Shown piece by piece: positions 7,733 to 21,900 of a stretch of DNA of 61,196 bases (the stretch's first letter is position 1; each line of letters starts with the position of its first letter). The stretch is from a virus. Its lineage: Duplodnaviria > Caudoviricetes. The notes beneath the pieces are model-generated. The model saw only the letters and a program-made list of their open reading frames with translations. It was not told the origin of the DNA and did not search any database. The position numbers were made by a program, and so were the translations under genes. The stretch is from positions 1 through 61,196 of IMG/VR virus record IMGVR_UViG_3300034068_000558; one strand, written 5' to 3'.

Positions 7733-9184
7733 ATGTCTGCGAAAGAAAAAACACCCATTCTAAATAGAGGTAAAGCAGTAAGGGCTTATGAACAACTTCA
7801 AGCGGACCAAGCTGTAGCGGAAGAGATTGCAAAGAGCGGTGGTGAGATCCCTAAGACGGGCATGAGCCCCACAGGCGTGCCTGAGTACACAATGGGGATG
7901 TCCCAAAAGGATAAGTTTTTTTCGGAAGGTCGCGCCCTAGATGCCTCTCAACTAAAAAGATTCGGCGGTGATCGTTTTAAAAGCTTTGGTGACAAAGCCG
8001 ATTTTGAACGGGCAAAAGCAATGCGTAAACTTACGGGCGGTCAGGCTCTATATGATGACCCCTACCAGTTTGTAGATGATCTTAATAAGTCGCTGGCCGT
8101 TGGTGATACCAGCGCGATCAACTCGCCAGAAGGTCGGCAGCGAGCCGTGGCAGCGGGTGTGCAATCCGGCCTTTCTTTTGAGGACGCGGACGCCGCTGTC
8201 CAAGCGGCATTCAATAAGCTTAAGCAAGTAGGGAAACGGGATAGAGAAGCCACCCCCGACGCATTAGCGGCTACTGCCGCAGCCAAAGCTGCCGCTGATA
8301 AAGCTACCGCTGATGCTGCTGCTGCGGCGACCGCAGTTAAGAGTGCACCTGCACCCACAACAACAACCCTCGGTTATGAAGTAGCTAAACCTAAGCCCTC
8401 AATAGTTGAGGAGACCATGCCTTATATTGGGGCCGCAGCGAAAGGACTTACCGAAGCTCGTCTTTTAGCTGCAACTCGGGCGGGCAAATCTTTTTTAAAT
8501 ACAGGCGGTATGACTGGTGAGGGGGCCGCAGCTAATGCTAAAGCACTAAACGAAGCAGCCCGCAAAGCTTTAGGTGCTGAGAAGCGACTTCGTATTTTGG
8601 CCCAAGGGGGTAAGGTGACAGCGCAGCAAGCAGACGCAGCGATGGAGGCAACTAAAATTACTCAAGCAGCAGCCGAAGAAGCCGCAAAAATGGCTAGGGT
8701 TGCAAAGTTTGTTAGCCCCACTTCCGGTTTGGCTAAGTTTGGCGTCGGCGCACTAAAGGGTGCGGGTAAGATCGCCGCGCCCGTCGCCATCGGTATGGAG
8801 ATTTACGACGCCGCTAAGTTTGCTTTTGACGACGAGGCGCGGGCAGAGATGAGGAAGGAAGCGGAAGAGGACGCGAAAAAGAACTTTGTAGCCCGTGCAG
8901 CCTTAGGTGCACTTAGCCCTACGAAAACCCTGCTGACTTCAGCGGCGAACATCAAAGATGTGATCTCATCCAGTAGGAACGCTAGGGAGTCAGAGGCCAA
9001 TTTACAGACTGCACAAAACAGATACGAAGCTATGGCCGAGGCCCGCCGTAAAGACTACTCCGACGAAGCATGGAGAGCCCTTCCGACGGCCATAAAAGCT
9101 AAGTACCTAGACGACCAGCGTGTGTCGATGGGTGAGAAGCCACTAAATAAAAACTACTACAAAAACAAAGCGGAGGGTAAGTAA
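7733..9184 (+). CDS. Putative internal virion/ejection protein
   Basis: Ala/Gly/Lys-rich helical protein, first gene of the operon ending in the giant gene. Confidence 0.55.
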   Translation: MSAKEKTPILNRGKAVRAYEQLQADQAVAEEIAKSGGEIPKTGMSPTGVPEYTMGMSQKDKFFSEGRALDASQLKRFGGDRFKSFGDKADFERAKAMRKLTGGQALYDDPYQFVDDLNKSLAVGDTSAINSPEGRQRAVAAGVQSGLSFEDADAAVQAAFNKLKQVGKRDREATPDALAATAAAKAAADKATADAAAAATAVKSAPAPTTTTLGYEVAKPKPSIVEETMPYIGAAAKGLTEARLLAATRAGKSFLNTGGMTGEGAAANAKALNEAARKALGAEKRLRILAQGGKVTAQQADAAMEATKITQAAAEEAAKMARVAKFVSPTSGLAKFGVGALKGAGKIAAPVAIGMEIYDAAKFAFDDEARAEMRKEAEEDAKKNFVARAALGALSPTKTLLTSAANIKDVISSSRNARESEANLQTAQNRYEAMAEARRKDYSDEAWRALPTAIKAKYLDDQRVSMGEKPLNKNYYKNKAEGK

Positions 9185-9185
9185 T

Positions 9186-9938
9186 ATGGCAAACCCCGTA
9201 GAAAATACACAAGACAAGTTTTCTTACGAGGGGGATATACAACCCCTTATGAGTAATTACTTTACCGCCGTGCACAACTTAGGACTTAAAGGTGGTGCTG
9301 CTGCCAATATGGTTCAACAAGAACGCAATAGACTCCAAGCTAGTGCTACACGGGATTTAGAAGTCAAGCAACGCAGCCAACAGTTTGAAGTAACTAAGCT
9401 ACAGCTTGAAGAGGCCCGCCGAAAAGCAGCCTCCGCTGTTGGCTTGAATGATGCCGTGAGCCAATTTGGACAACAACTGACTGCGGCTATTGATGCACCG
9501 GACGATCAGCGCAGAGATATTATCTCTAAACTCGGAGTCGTGAATGGCAATCTCATTAATCAAGACGACACGGCTAAGATAATGTATCAATCAGCAACTC
9601 AGTCTCTATCGGGTTCCTCCCGTAGGGGCCAAGAAGCTGAAGCCATGAACAGCGTTCTCAGCGGTCTCGATAAAGTCGAGTTTGGTGAGGACATTGCAAA
9701 GCGGCCCACAGGTAAATTTAAAGACGAGGTTCATAGCTCACGCGTACTTGACGTTATTGATCTACTCGGTTCGCCCGAAGATAAGCAAGCTGCGCTTAAG
9801 GCTACGGCCCAAGAACAGTATAACATTGCGCGAAATATCCGCAACGCCCGCATCAAAAAACAACTCCAAGGCTCTACGCCTTCGGTTGAAGGACCACGGT
9901 CCCTCTTCGGTAAAAAACCCGAAGTCCCTCTCCCATAA
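9186..9938 (+). CDS. Putative internal virion/ejection protein
   Basis: Gln-rich coiled coil; position in the operon. Confidence 0.5.
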   Translation: MANPVENTQDKFSYEGDIQPLMSNYFTAVHNLGLKGGAAANMVQQERNRLQASATRDLEVKQRSQQFEVTKLQLEEARRKAASAVGLNDAVSQFGQQLTAAIDAPDDQRRDIISKLGVVNGNLINQDDTAKIMYQSATQSLSGSSRRGQEAEAMNSVLSGLDKVEFGEDIAKRPTGKFKDEVHSSRVLDVIDLLGSPEDKQAALKATAQEQYNIARNIRNARIKKQLQGSTPSVEGPRSLFGKKPEVPLP

Positions 9939-9968
9939 CAACAACAACAACACAACTAAATTCCCACC

Positions 9969-12900
9969 ATGCTGGAAATTAAATCATACGACGACTGGAC
10001 AGACACTGAAGAAGAACTTCAAGCCGAGCCCGTTGAAAACTTAAAACGCTACGCGAACTATGTCCGATCAGGATATTATAAAGCGGGGATGCTTAACGAG
10101 GATAACGAAAAAGAAATTATCTATGGCGTTAAAGAGCGGGCATATAGCGACGGTCTTATTACTGGCGCTATGTCAAAAGAGGAACAAGACTCCTACATTA
10201 GTACTATTGTAGGCCCCTCGCAGAATGCCGATGCAAATGCTAGGTTTGTACTAGACCACTTACGTACTGGTAGTGAGAGTGGCATTGACCCGAAAGACAC
10301 CAAAGTATCAACCCTTTCTAGTTATCTAGCATTTAAACAAGCTGCACCAGACCAGCCATCTGATTTACAGCCCCTTGTGGATGAACTGCTTTCCGATACG
10401 GCTCTTATCAAAAGAGCCAAGATGTCTGCCGTTGATCGTGGAGAATACAGTGTTGCGGCCATTGATGAAGACGACGGCGGTCGCTCGCTATATACCGGAC
10501 CAACAGCAAAACCAGATAGCATTAAAGGCGAGGTGGACTCGCTACTTGCATCCGGTGCCCTCTCCCCGTCGGATCTATACCGTGTTGATAAAGCGGTTAG
10601 CCCCATTAATGGGGGTCTAAGCAACACATCTGAAAACTTCAGATATGAAATGTTTCGCCGCACTGTCAGCACACTCGCCAAAACCGATAAAGACCTAGGC
10701 GACCTTATTGAATCTTCAGCAAGCAAGACACGTGAGGAAAAACTTGCGGAGCAGCGCACCACTGGAGAGTCTGTTTGGGAGGGGGTTAAGACGGCGGTTG
10801 CCTACCCATTCCTTAAGCTCGCTGATGTCGTAGAGTTCGCGGGGGACTTCGTAACAGGCGAGGAGGATGTAGCACCAGCATTCAAACCGGAAACCAAAGT
10901 CTCCGATGCTCTTGCCGAAAACGACGAAATACGTAAAAAGTTTTCCGCCGAGGAAATTGAAAAGTTCAGTGCAGACCTAACCACAACGGCAGCGGGAGCA
11001 CCCTACCGTGCGGATCGGCCTGAGTCGGGGGTCTCATCGGACTCGATGGGTAACATTATTATTGCACCCCAACTGCTCGCCAACAAACAGCTTTTCGAGA
11101 CAGCCGTTACAGCCGCCCCACTTAATGCTGAACAGCAGACACAAGCCCGCGCCGAGCGTAAGGTACTACTGACACGAAGCGCACCAGAACTACTGCGGGT
11201 TATCCTTGAAGAGGAGCCGGAAGCAGTTGGTGCTCTAGCCAAAGCTAAAGCTAGTGGACTAAGTAACGAACAATTTATTGAGCAGTGGGTGTCCACCCCC
11301 CAAAACTATGACGGGTTTAACGCACGCCTTGAGCAGTTCGGCAAGAGCGCGTGGAAAACCGTTGCTGAAATCCCTGTGGGGATTGCAGCCCTGAGTGGTA
11401 ATGAATGGGCGGCAAAATATTTAGGGGGCCTAGCCAAAGATCAAGCTCGTCGCGAAGAATACTCTCGTCTTTTTGGTGACGAGTTCGGTGTCGGTTTCCA
11501 AATTATCAATGCAGTCCCCCAAGTTGCTGCGGATATTGGTCTCACTATTGGCACAGGTGGTCTTTTTGCTGGGGCGAAGACCCTTGTTAAAACGGCAAGC
11601 CTTTCTTCCCGTTCGCTACTACGGGCTTCCACTAAGTTTGCACTATCAAATGTTGATGAGGCTGCAACACTAGCCTATAGGGGGGCAGCAGTCGCAGGGG
11701 GAGAAGCTAATATTGGCAGCGCAATTCAAAAAATCGGCGCAAGTTTGGCAACCAATTTTGCAGAACAAGCTCCTGTATTCACAACTGCCTTTGTCCGGTC
11801 TGCTTCTTCTACTTACGGTTCGCTCTACAGTCAGTTACCTGACACGCTGAGTCACGAAGAAAAGCACAAGAACGCGTTGGGTTACTCTTTGGCTGCTGGC
11901 CTCTCTACTGGGGTTATCACTGCTGGCATGGGTTTCTTAGGTCGCGGTGGTGTTGAAGAAATTGCAACGAAGCGTGTGCGTGCGATGCTTGCGGGCGAGA
12001 CTGATGAGTCTATACTCGCTTCCGGCGCGAAGGTGGTTCCTGTAGATAAGATGAATTATCGTCAGGCTAAACAGGTCTACGAAAACCTGAAGAATGAAAG
12101 CCGCATTGTGTCGGATGCTACTTTCCAGAAGGCGATGCGTGGTGCAATTGGTAGTACATATAAGAACTGGTTACGCACCACACTTAAAGGTGGATTGAAC
12201 GAGTCTATTGAAGAAGCGATGGATCAAGGAATCCAAATGAAGCTGGAGGACGCGTCCCTCGACAAAGAGACACCCTTAGCCCAGAGGGTATCGCAAGTGT
12301 TTACCGCAGGTCTTATTGGTGGAACAATGGGCGGGGCGATGGGCGGGGCCACGCAGTTCGGTAAAGTTAAAAAATCCGAGATGGCACTGGTCTATGAGGG
12401 TCGTGCATCCGCCCTCGACAATGTTGTTAAGGATCTACGCAAAAACAATAGTGGTGTTACAGCGGACTTCGTGGAGCGCATGATGGATGACGCTCGCGCA
12501 AAAGCGAACGCAGCCACTCAAGCAGACGTTCTGGCTCAGACGACCGCAGCTAAGGCTAAAGAAACAGAAGCAACTGCCAATGTTAAAGAGAAACCTGTCG
12601 TGCCTATTGATACGTTCCTACAGGCTTTCTTTGGTAAACCAAAAGAAGCAGCAGTAGAACAACCGGAAACAACCACCTTCCTAAATGATCTTATTGGCGA
12701 GTCTGTTTCTGTTGGGCAGTTTTCAGGGACACTTGAAATGGCTGACGACGGAGAGAACGTCAGACTCAAATTGGATAAACCCTACAAACAAAAAGGTGGC
12801 GATCCAGTTACGCACATGGGCTTGGGGCCTAGGCTACAGAAAGCCGAAGGTTATATTACTAAGTACCCAACGCTTATGCGTACAGGGGATGATGTGTTCG

Positions 12901-15900
12901 GGGTAAAAGCAGGCACTCCTTATTTTCTTGTTGGCTCCACTAAAGAAAAGTTCGCAGCAAGGCCGCTGGCAGACGGCGTAACAGTAGATGACCGCTTTAC
13001 AGTTTTGCGCGACGATGAAGGTGTTGTTCGGTCGATCACAATCAAAGATGCGGTCTCCCTCAAGAACGGCAAGATCTCGATGCCCGTATCATTAACTGGT
13101 GCGTTCATCCTTCGTGCCTTTGCAAAGGAGTATGGTATCGATGTGTCAACACAAGCACCAGCCCCTGAAGGACAACAACAGTTCTCCTTCGCTGAAGGAG
13201 AAATCAAAGACACCGAACCCCCAGTTGAAGAAGAGGCAGCTAAGGGTACTGAGGGTCAGATGGAGTTTGACCTTGACCGAACACCAGAACAACAAGCCAC
13301 ACAAGCTGTGTTTGATCGCTTTGATTCGGAGATTGCAGATCTTAAAGAGAAAATCAAAGACCCGAGCATTAACGATGTAAGACGGGAGCGACTTCAAGAC
13401 CGCTTGAAGGGTCTTCAAAAAGCACGGCGCAATTATGATTCCGAGACAATTCAAATGGGGGCACTTAGCCCCGATGAACAGGCACGTTATAACTCCACCG
13501 ATGTAGAGTGGAATGCCAAGCTGGATCTAATCCGTAATGCGTATGATGTTAATCCAAATGTAGCGGAGGCAACCAAACGAATCTTGGCCGCTCCGCTTCG
13601 TAATAAGATTGGTTCCACTATTGCTTTCGGTGATCTCGACTACGATACGCTTGAAGCCGTTAGAGATATGGCTGATGACATTATCTCATTTGCTAACGAT
13701 GAAGATAACCAAGTGTCTGACAAGGTCAGGTCGCAGACTCTTAGTTTCTACAGCAACCTCCTTAGTCGCATCGATATTGCACGCGAGTTTATTGACGAGC
13801 GCGATATCGATTTGATTAAACAGGAGCTTGAGAACGAGGACTTTAGAGTTACACAACAACTCCAAAAACCAGAACCCAAACCCTATCCTGTAACCAACAC
13901 CCTGCATTACCTGATCTCAAAGGGTAAGCTGAAGACCGTAGATATTGTTGCGGGACTAGAAGCCGAAGGGGCTGGCGAATCCTTGACAAGGATGACCCTT
14001 ACAGGATTCAAATATTTCCCAGTAGAGCGTGAGATTGAGTTTACTGATGCCGACGGCAATGTGATTTACTTCCCATTGGGCAGTGTTGATGTGTCCTCTA
14101 AGGAGATCCAGAAGAAGCTCGCACAGAATGAAGTAAAGGCCAAGGAGTTTATCAAGCAGGAGAAGCTCGCGGCTAAGGCCACGAACAAAACGCCAGAGCT
14201 TGAGCCCGAGTCCGAAGAGGAAGCTGAGCCTGAGGCCCCCCTAGACGAACGCGTCACTGGCTTTTTAAATCTGGTTAACGACTACGTTAATAAATTTAAC
14301 GAACTTAATAGTAGGGTCACGCTCCTTAAGAGAAGCAAAACAGATCAGGCACGCGTTAAAGATGAGCTTAAAGCCCTCCGTGCTGGTGCCAATAATGCTA
14401 TTAAAGAAGAACTCACTTCTTTGGTCGGAGAAATCAAAAGCCGTAATGACCTACAAGAAGATCTACGGAGTGAGATGATTGACCAGATCTCGGTGTCCAT
14501 CTTCGGTAAGGGTGGGTTTACTCCGGTATCAGGAAGTAGGGCACAGTTCGGCAAGATCATCGAACCATCACTGGCATTTAAAACTACGGCGGTAGACTAT
14601 CCAGCTGACAGATTCCGTAGCGGAACACAAGAAGAAGCCCTATTCAATTTGCTTGTTGGAGCAGGGCAAGTGGTAAACCTACCAACAACGGGTGCAACTA
14701 TTGCAGCGGCAACTAGTATGTACACTACATCCAATGGACTTATTAAACGACCAGCCTTTTCTGAGGCTGTTGTAGAACAGGTTACAGAGGAAGGCCAAGA
14801 AGTAGCTAGACCAAACTCTTACATTAGGGATAAGAATAATCTGCTTCGTGAGCGCGTCCATAAGGCATACCCACCTTTGGGATCAATCCAGTATAAAGCC
14901 GAAGGGCCCCAAGGCACAAAGGTAAACCCTAAGTTGGAAGCCCAACTCCGCTCTAAGCAGGTTGAGTTATCAAACATAAAAACAAAGGCAGAAGCCAAAG
15001 GATACGATGCTAGTGATAAGATTGCTGTACTGAGCAAGGAAATTGCTGAGCTAAAGAAACAAGTTAAGGATGTTCCTAAGTACAAGATCGGTAGAGATTC
15101 TTATGACATGGTTCGTTCTCAGGACGTCACTGACCTATTTTATCCAGTCACTGTATACGAAATTAATGGTGAGACAAAAACCTTTGGGGTGTTTACCAAC
15201 GACATTGAAATCACACGCGCACAAATTGCTAGGGGTTTACATATTGTAATACCCCCAAACTTCAAAGGAGTCTTAAACCCCGCCATCCATGTAGCTCAAG
15301 ACGGCGTTACTGTGGACGGGTACTACGAACCACTCAGAGATAGCTTCGTCCCAATGGGGCAGTTCCGTAGCAAGCTCGACACCCGACGCAACAGCGGGGA
15401 AGAGCCTATTGATAAAACTAGGGCTACTAAATACGACGCTCGCGCTGAGTTGCTCGTTAATAATATGGTGCCCCCCATGATTAATAGAGACTACGAGTCT
15501 CGCACATCGGGCCTAATTCAAACCGTATTCGACGGGGCTAAAAGGTTCCTATATTCAAACGCCTTCAGCCCAACGCCGGATGCTAAATTACCGCTTACAA
15601 CTAAAGGGATTGAGGACGCGGCAAGTGACGCGCTCATAGACTTTACCTCTCAGCTTAATGAGTTCCTTCTGGCTCGCCACATAGTCACTAAAGTAATCGG
15701 CTCCCTTGATTGGAAGAATAAAATCAAGTCGCAAGAAGGACAAGAGTTAATCACAAGAGCACTAGGAGGTAACAGCAGTGATATTAATTTTAGCGATCTG
15801 CCAAAAGAACTTCGTCGTCTCTTGATTAAAGAAGATTCCGGTAATCTTACAGATGCAGTAAAGGGTACAAACCTTTCTCGCTATGTGAGAGAGATGTTTA

Positions 15901-18900
15901 ACGGTTTGGATGACGCGACCATTGCTAAAAACATTGTCAAAATGGATATTGGTTTTGGCGGCGGCGATCCAACTTCCATAATGACAGGTTACGGTATGTA
16001 CCTGTTTCAGAATGCTACTAGTATTCAGGGTAGTTTCTTTACGGTACCCAACCCTAGAGAGTATCTCGTAAGGACCAAAGCGATTGGTGACAAAACCGTA
16101 AAGGTTCTTGGAAAAGATTTCTCCACAATTGCCAACAAGCACGCAAAGCGTGAAAGAGCTGAAGCAGAAGAACTCCCCTCAATAAGTATCGACGCTATCG
16201 AAGAGGCCTTCGGTGGGGACTTTGAGTTCTCAGAGTTAATTGGTGCTGGCGCAAGGCCGGATTGGCAGATCCTTTTGGACGCTACCCAACGACAAAAAGA
16301 AATGGGCCTATCCCTAAGCGACTATACGGATAATTCTTTCAATGAGCTTTTCGAAATCTTAGTGTCCGCGAATGGCCATGTGTTCAACGACCGAGGTTCT
16401 ATGCTCGCTTCCGAGCTAATGGCCGCTGTCAAAGGTGATAAAGAACTAGGAAAGACGTTTAGGGACATTGCGAAAATGGTTGGGTTGGATACCCCAGCAG
16501 AACTCGCAAAGATATCAGATGAGTTTCTTATTAATGTGTTGTCAAAGAAAATTAGTGACGATGCATTGTTCAAGACTAATAATGGGTATGCTGGTATCGT
16601 CATGTCCCAGTTGTCTGAAACAGAAGTGGGGCAGAGAGCAGCGGGTCTTATGATTCTGAAGGGCTGGCTACCCCCTGTAATGATCGAAGGTAAACGAGTT
16701 CCTCTGCGTGCGCCCGCCGAGCGTATAAGTAAAGCACCAGCGGCACCACCAACCCCACCTAACGCGTCCCCAGTCGGATTCGTTATTAGAGAGAAAGCTA
16801 AAGAAGTTAGTGCTGCCGAAGCTACGGGTGGGTATGTTACCACAATTGAAGAAGCGGAAGCCTACGAGGCTAACAAGAACGTAGCTCTAGCTAGGGTTGC
16901 GGATACTATTGTCAAGCTGGGAGAAGAGAAAGCTATTGCACTTCAGACTATTGAAGAGGCGCGTAATCACATTTCCAGTGGGTTCAAAATGCTAAAGGCT
17001 GTCATCCAACCTGAAGCAGGAGAGAACGTACTTGAGCTAGCAAAGAATGATTTCTGGACTAATAGTGCAACGGTGAGTAGTGTTATTTCTGACTTCACTA
17101 GAGAGCAAATAGCCACAATTGCTGATGAAATTAGTTCCCTAGAGGTTAAACTTTCCAACTACGAGAAGCTACAAAAAGCTGGGCAGAAGGGACGCAATAA
17201 AGATCTGTCAAGAATTGACAGACAAATTAAAAAATACGTTAAAGCACTAGCCGACCCGCGCCTTCCTGATGACTCAGATGAAAAAACAATCTTTAGTCAA
17301 AAGTACGACGAGTTGAATAGCTTGAAGTATCATATTACCTTCAATGGCCAATTCGTTATTGATGGTTTGAATAGCTCTATTTCACTTAAGCAAAAGGAGA
17401 TTGATCGTATCAATAAAGCTGTTGGCAACGGAGCCACGGTGCTTGACAATGTGATTAACGATATTGAATCTAGCCTGCAACAGCTTAATGATAATCGTGA
17501 TTACATTAGTAGACTTTCGGACAAGTCTAAAAGTGTTGTTGACAACGAGATCAAGCACGTTGAGTATTTAATGGGGCTTCCTGAATGGAAGAGCCTTGCC
17601 GTCGCTACCGCTAATCATCCTGCTGCCCTTAAGTTTAAAGCGGATCTTACATTAGAGCAGCGGAGCCGAGTTGATAAATACAATACGTCACTTAAGGTTA
17701 AGCAAGACTATGACGCTTTCGCTGCACAACAAAAAGAAAACCTTCGTGCGGCTTTGGTTGCAAACGGTGTTGGCATATTTAACTCTGGCCTACTTACAAC
17801 ATACGTAGATCCTGTTGACGTTGTTCGTCCTGAGTTCTTTGAGGAGGAGACCACACCGAGACCACAAGCAGAAATTGATGAGAGCGTACGTCTATTTGCT
17901 CAGGCTATCTCACCCGCCCGCCCCACTAATCGGAAGTCAATTGACTTCGCTCTGTCCACCCTCGACCCCTCGCTCAGGGAAGCTGCCCGTCAGGAGAACA
18001 CAAGGATGATGAATGAGTTGGGTCTCGTATCGGGAGACTCTGACAGTATCCTTAGAGCACTATCCGTGTTGAGCAATAGGGGTACAGCACAACAGCAAGC
18101 CATCGTATCGATCCTGAGTGCAGCACCCGACCTCATTCGTTCGGTAAACATCGGCATTGTTGATATGCAAGCGGGCTTTGCGGGTCTATATGACAAGTCC
18201 AATAACACGATTCTACTCAACCTTAGTGAGCACAACGGGCGCGGCCTTGCCGACGTATTGCTACACGAACTGATTCATGCTGCCACTGTTCGGGTTATTA
18301 ACAACCCAACGACAGCACAGCAACGTGTGGCGGTGCAACGTCTTGAACAGATCCGCAACTTCGCATTGGCCGCTGCCGTGAAGAAAGGAACTGATACTGA
18401 CCCGACTATGCAGTTGGGTCTGTCCACTGTAGAAGAGTTTGTCACGTATGCACTTACTGCGCCGGAATTCATGTCGCTCCTTAATGGTCTTACCAAACCA
18501 CAAGAGCGCACGATCATTCGCCGTATGATTGATGCAGTCCTTTCGATCTTTGGCTTTGAACCGAAGTCGAGACAGCAGACCTCCAACGCAATTGATGAGC
18601 TTCTTGACTTCACGAAGATGTCGCTCGCTCACTCCAACACGTTCAACATGGACGCACGTTGGGCAAGCACGCTACGTAACGAGCCATCGGAGAACGCCAA
18701 GGCATCGAACATTACGAGACTCAAGTCCGCACAGAAGATCCAGCAGACTCTCCGTAATGTAGCGGAAGATAGTGACACTATTCTTTTTGCAGGGGGTCGC
18801 GCTAAACCTATTACGCTACTATCGAATACAGAAGAGATTGATGCACAGGTGCGCTTCACTCCCGAAGAGCGTAGCCGTTGGGCATCTCTTCGTAAGGCTG

Positions 18901-21900
18901 CGATCCAAGAGTTTGAAACTAACGTAGATATTGCGGTTGATAAATTAGATGAGCCAGATCCAGATGAAGCTGATGCATGGAAGGGGATTAAACCTGTCCA
19001 AGAAATTACCCGTATCGAGGACGCATGGCGTAATGAGATTAACGGAATCATTAAGCGTGCTGGTGTAGATGTAGCGGCCCTCAACCAAAGATTTGAGGAC
19101 CGCATGGCGCGTCTTAGAAGAGGGAACCTTACTCAGTTAGAAGTAAATGAGTTTAATCTAAGCCTGTTGCCGCAGACTTTCTTCTTTACTGGACCATACC
19201 CTATGATGGACATGGGTCAGGACACCCCTAAAAGCCGCATTGACTTGTCTGTAGCAATGCCAATTATGGGACGTGGGGAGGATTTTGAAGCGGGTCTTGC
19301 TAGCCTGTATAAAGCACTAGCACCATCTCTCAGATCATCAGACGTTGAACACCGCGTTGCTGCATCGAGATTCATCAAAGCGTACATCGAAGCCTTTGCC
19401 CCTGAAGAGCAAATTGAAAAAGCACGTAAAGCATTTACTGAAGTAGATCGTACCCTCTACGTCAGAGGCAGCGAAGGCAAAGGGCAAGGTACCGTAGATG
19501 CAATCAGCGAGATCCAACGCATCTTGCCTGAGGGTATCACGCTTGAGTTTGACAACACAATGTTGGGTCAGTTGGGCGCACGACGCACAAGACCTAATTC
19601 AATTATCGTGAACCCAGATACGGTCAACGATCTTGTATACAACCTGACTCCCGCTAACGCACGCTCTGCCGTACGCACATTCGTTGACGAAGAGCTAGCG
19701 CACTTAGCATCATACAGGACTTTCACCGAAGACGACTTCGTAAGTATCGCAGCAGGCATGGGTGAGAGTATGCGTAACCTTGTTGCGGATATGCTCTACT
19801 CTAACTCGGAGTCTGACTTCGCGAAACGTCAGGCAATGATCGCCGCTGATCTGGAATCAGGAGCGTTGAGGGAGTCCGACATCGCCGCCGAATGGGTACG
19901 CTCCGAGATGACACGCATCGCTGTCGGTCGTTCGCGTGAGGAGAACCTCTCATTCCTTCGCACGAACCCGTCGCTACTTGCTAAGTTCGTCGAAGCAGTA
20001 AGAGCGTTCATGACTAAACTAAAAGCTCAGTTTGCCATCAACCCTACAGCAAGTACCGCCGCTAAGATCTCAATGGCATCGCGTGAGTTCCGCTCATTGC
20101 GTAACGGCGGCGTACTGCCTGCTCCTGAGCCATCAACGGCAGGCGAGATGGGCGACGTAACGCACTTCATCAATGCCGTCGAAGGCAACGTCGTTGAGGG
20201 ACAGGAGGACCGCACCGAATTTGATTTGCCTATTGCCTCCACCAATCCGTCGAAGGTCGCCGCCTTCTGGGAGAAAGCAACACAAAAGATGTATGATATG
20301 CCCCTTGAGTTACGTAAATACGTAAGTCAACGCGACGGCACAATATCAAACATTGAGTATACAATGTGGGACTTTGCCAAGAAGTATCCCAAGCTAAGGG
20401 ACGCGGCACTCAATGCGGGTGTTGCTATTGACGACATCGGAACCATCTTAGGTACTACTGCTCCTGCTGTACAAGGCGAGGCACGCAAGGAACTGCAACG
20501 TCAAGTGCGCCAGTTCAAAGCGGACAATGCTGAAGACCCAAATCTTGAGCGGATGGCCGAAGACTATGAGGAGAAACTCACCCAACCAATTGCTGACCAG
20601 TTCTATGCGGAGTTCCGCAAGAACCAGAAAGCTGTAGAGGATCAGCTTAGGGCCAAAGGATTTAGTGCGTTAGTAGATTACCTCGTTGAGTTCCGCCAAG
20701 AAATCAATAAGGTAAAAGCTATCATTAATTTTGATGACACCAATGATGTGTACCTCACACGTACCTTCAGCTACTTCACAACAGAGGGCTGGTCACTGGC
20801 CGCGAAGAGTGGTGGAGTCATCGAAATCGATGGCAAGACCGTTGACTTCAGTAAGCTACGCGCCGCTGCTGCTACTCACTTTGAGTGGGAGGTTCTTAAC
20901 GACGCAAAGAACGAAGGTCAGACGTTGACTGAAGATCAAGTTGCACGCAAGACCCTTGAGGCCCTAGACAAGTACTTGATTAAGCTCGATACCGAAGCTA
21001 AGCAATCGAAGGAAAGCGGCACGATGAACACGATCAAGCGTGATGTTAATCGCCTACTCCGCAAGAAAGACTTCGATGAGCCCCTTCGTGAACTCTTAGG
21101 TGAGGTAACCGACCCGTTTGAGAACGCAGTGCGTACTATCTATAGTGTCGGACGACTCGCCGCCAACGATAGGTTCCTTCGTGGCTTTGCAAGGCAAGCC
21201 ATTAAATCTGAACTCGCGAGCAAGGAACCGAAGGATGGGATGGTGCTACTGTTTCCCCCCAGTGAGAACGCGGAGCTAGGTGACCTCGCTGGACTATACG
21301 TTCGTAGTGATGTAGCCGCCGCCATCAGACAAGAACTCGGACCAAAGAACAGGGATCAAGAAACACGCTCGATGGAGATAATGAATAACTTTGGCCGAAT
21401 GGTGTCTAAGGTATCCGGCGTGTCCGTAGTAACGCAGACCCTAGGTTCTGTTGGTTTCTATCCTCGTAACATCTTAGGTGGTATGGCCCTCTCTACTGCT
21501 CAAGGAATCATCAACCCCATCTACATGAGGGAGGCAGCAAAACTTGCCATCAGAGCAAACCTACTGGCCTCGGACTCTCAAGAAACACGGGACGCTATCC
21601 GAAGGCTGACCGAACTTCAGATCGTGCGCGATGAAACTCGCGGGCGTATGGCAATGGATATGTTCCGTGGATTTGCGGCCACTACTGATGAGCAACTTGA
21701 GGAACTACTTAATGATATTGTGGAGGCGCAGGCTTCCGGTAACATTGACAAGATTGCCAAGAAGCTGAACATCAAGAAGGAAGTTCTTAGCAAGGCGGGA
21801 TCTGTTGTTGATATCCTTGCTGGTTTCAACAACATCATCGATAGCGCGTTCAAGATTAATGCATATATGTATGAGCTTGATACCCTTAAAGCAGCATACG

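Noticed and set aside
7733-9184. DADAAVQAAF here and GFVESLDSFF in the scaffold N-terminus as further capsid-tag copies
   Set aside because: Only partial matches to the consensus, so they were not counted.
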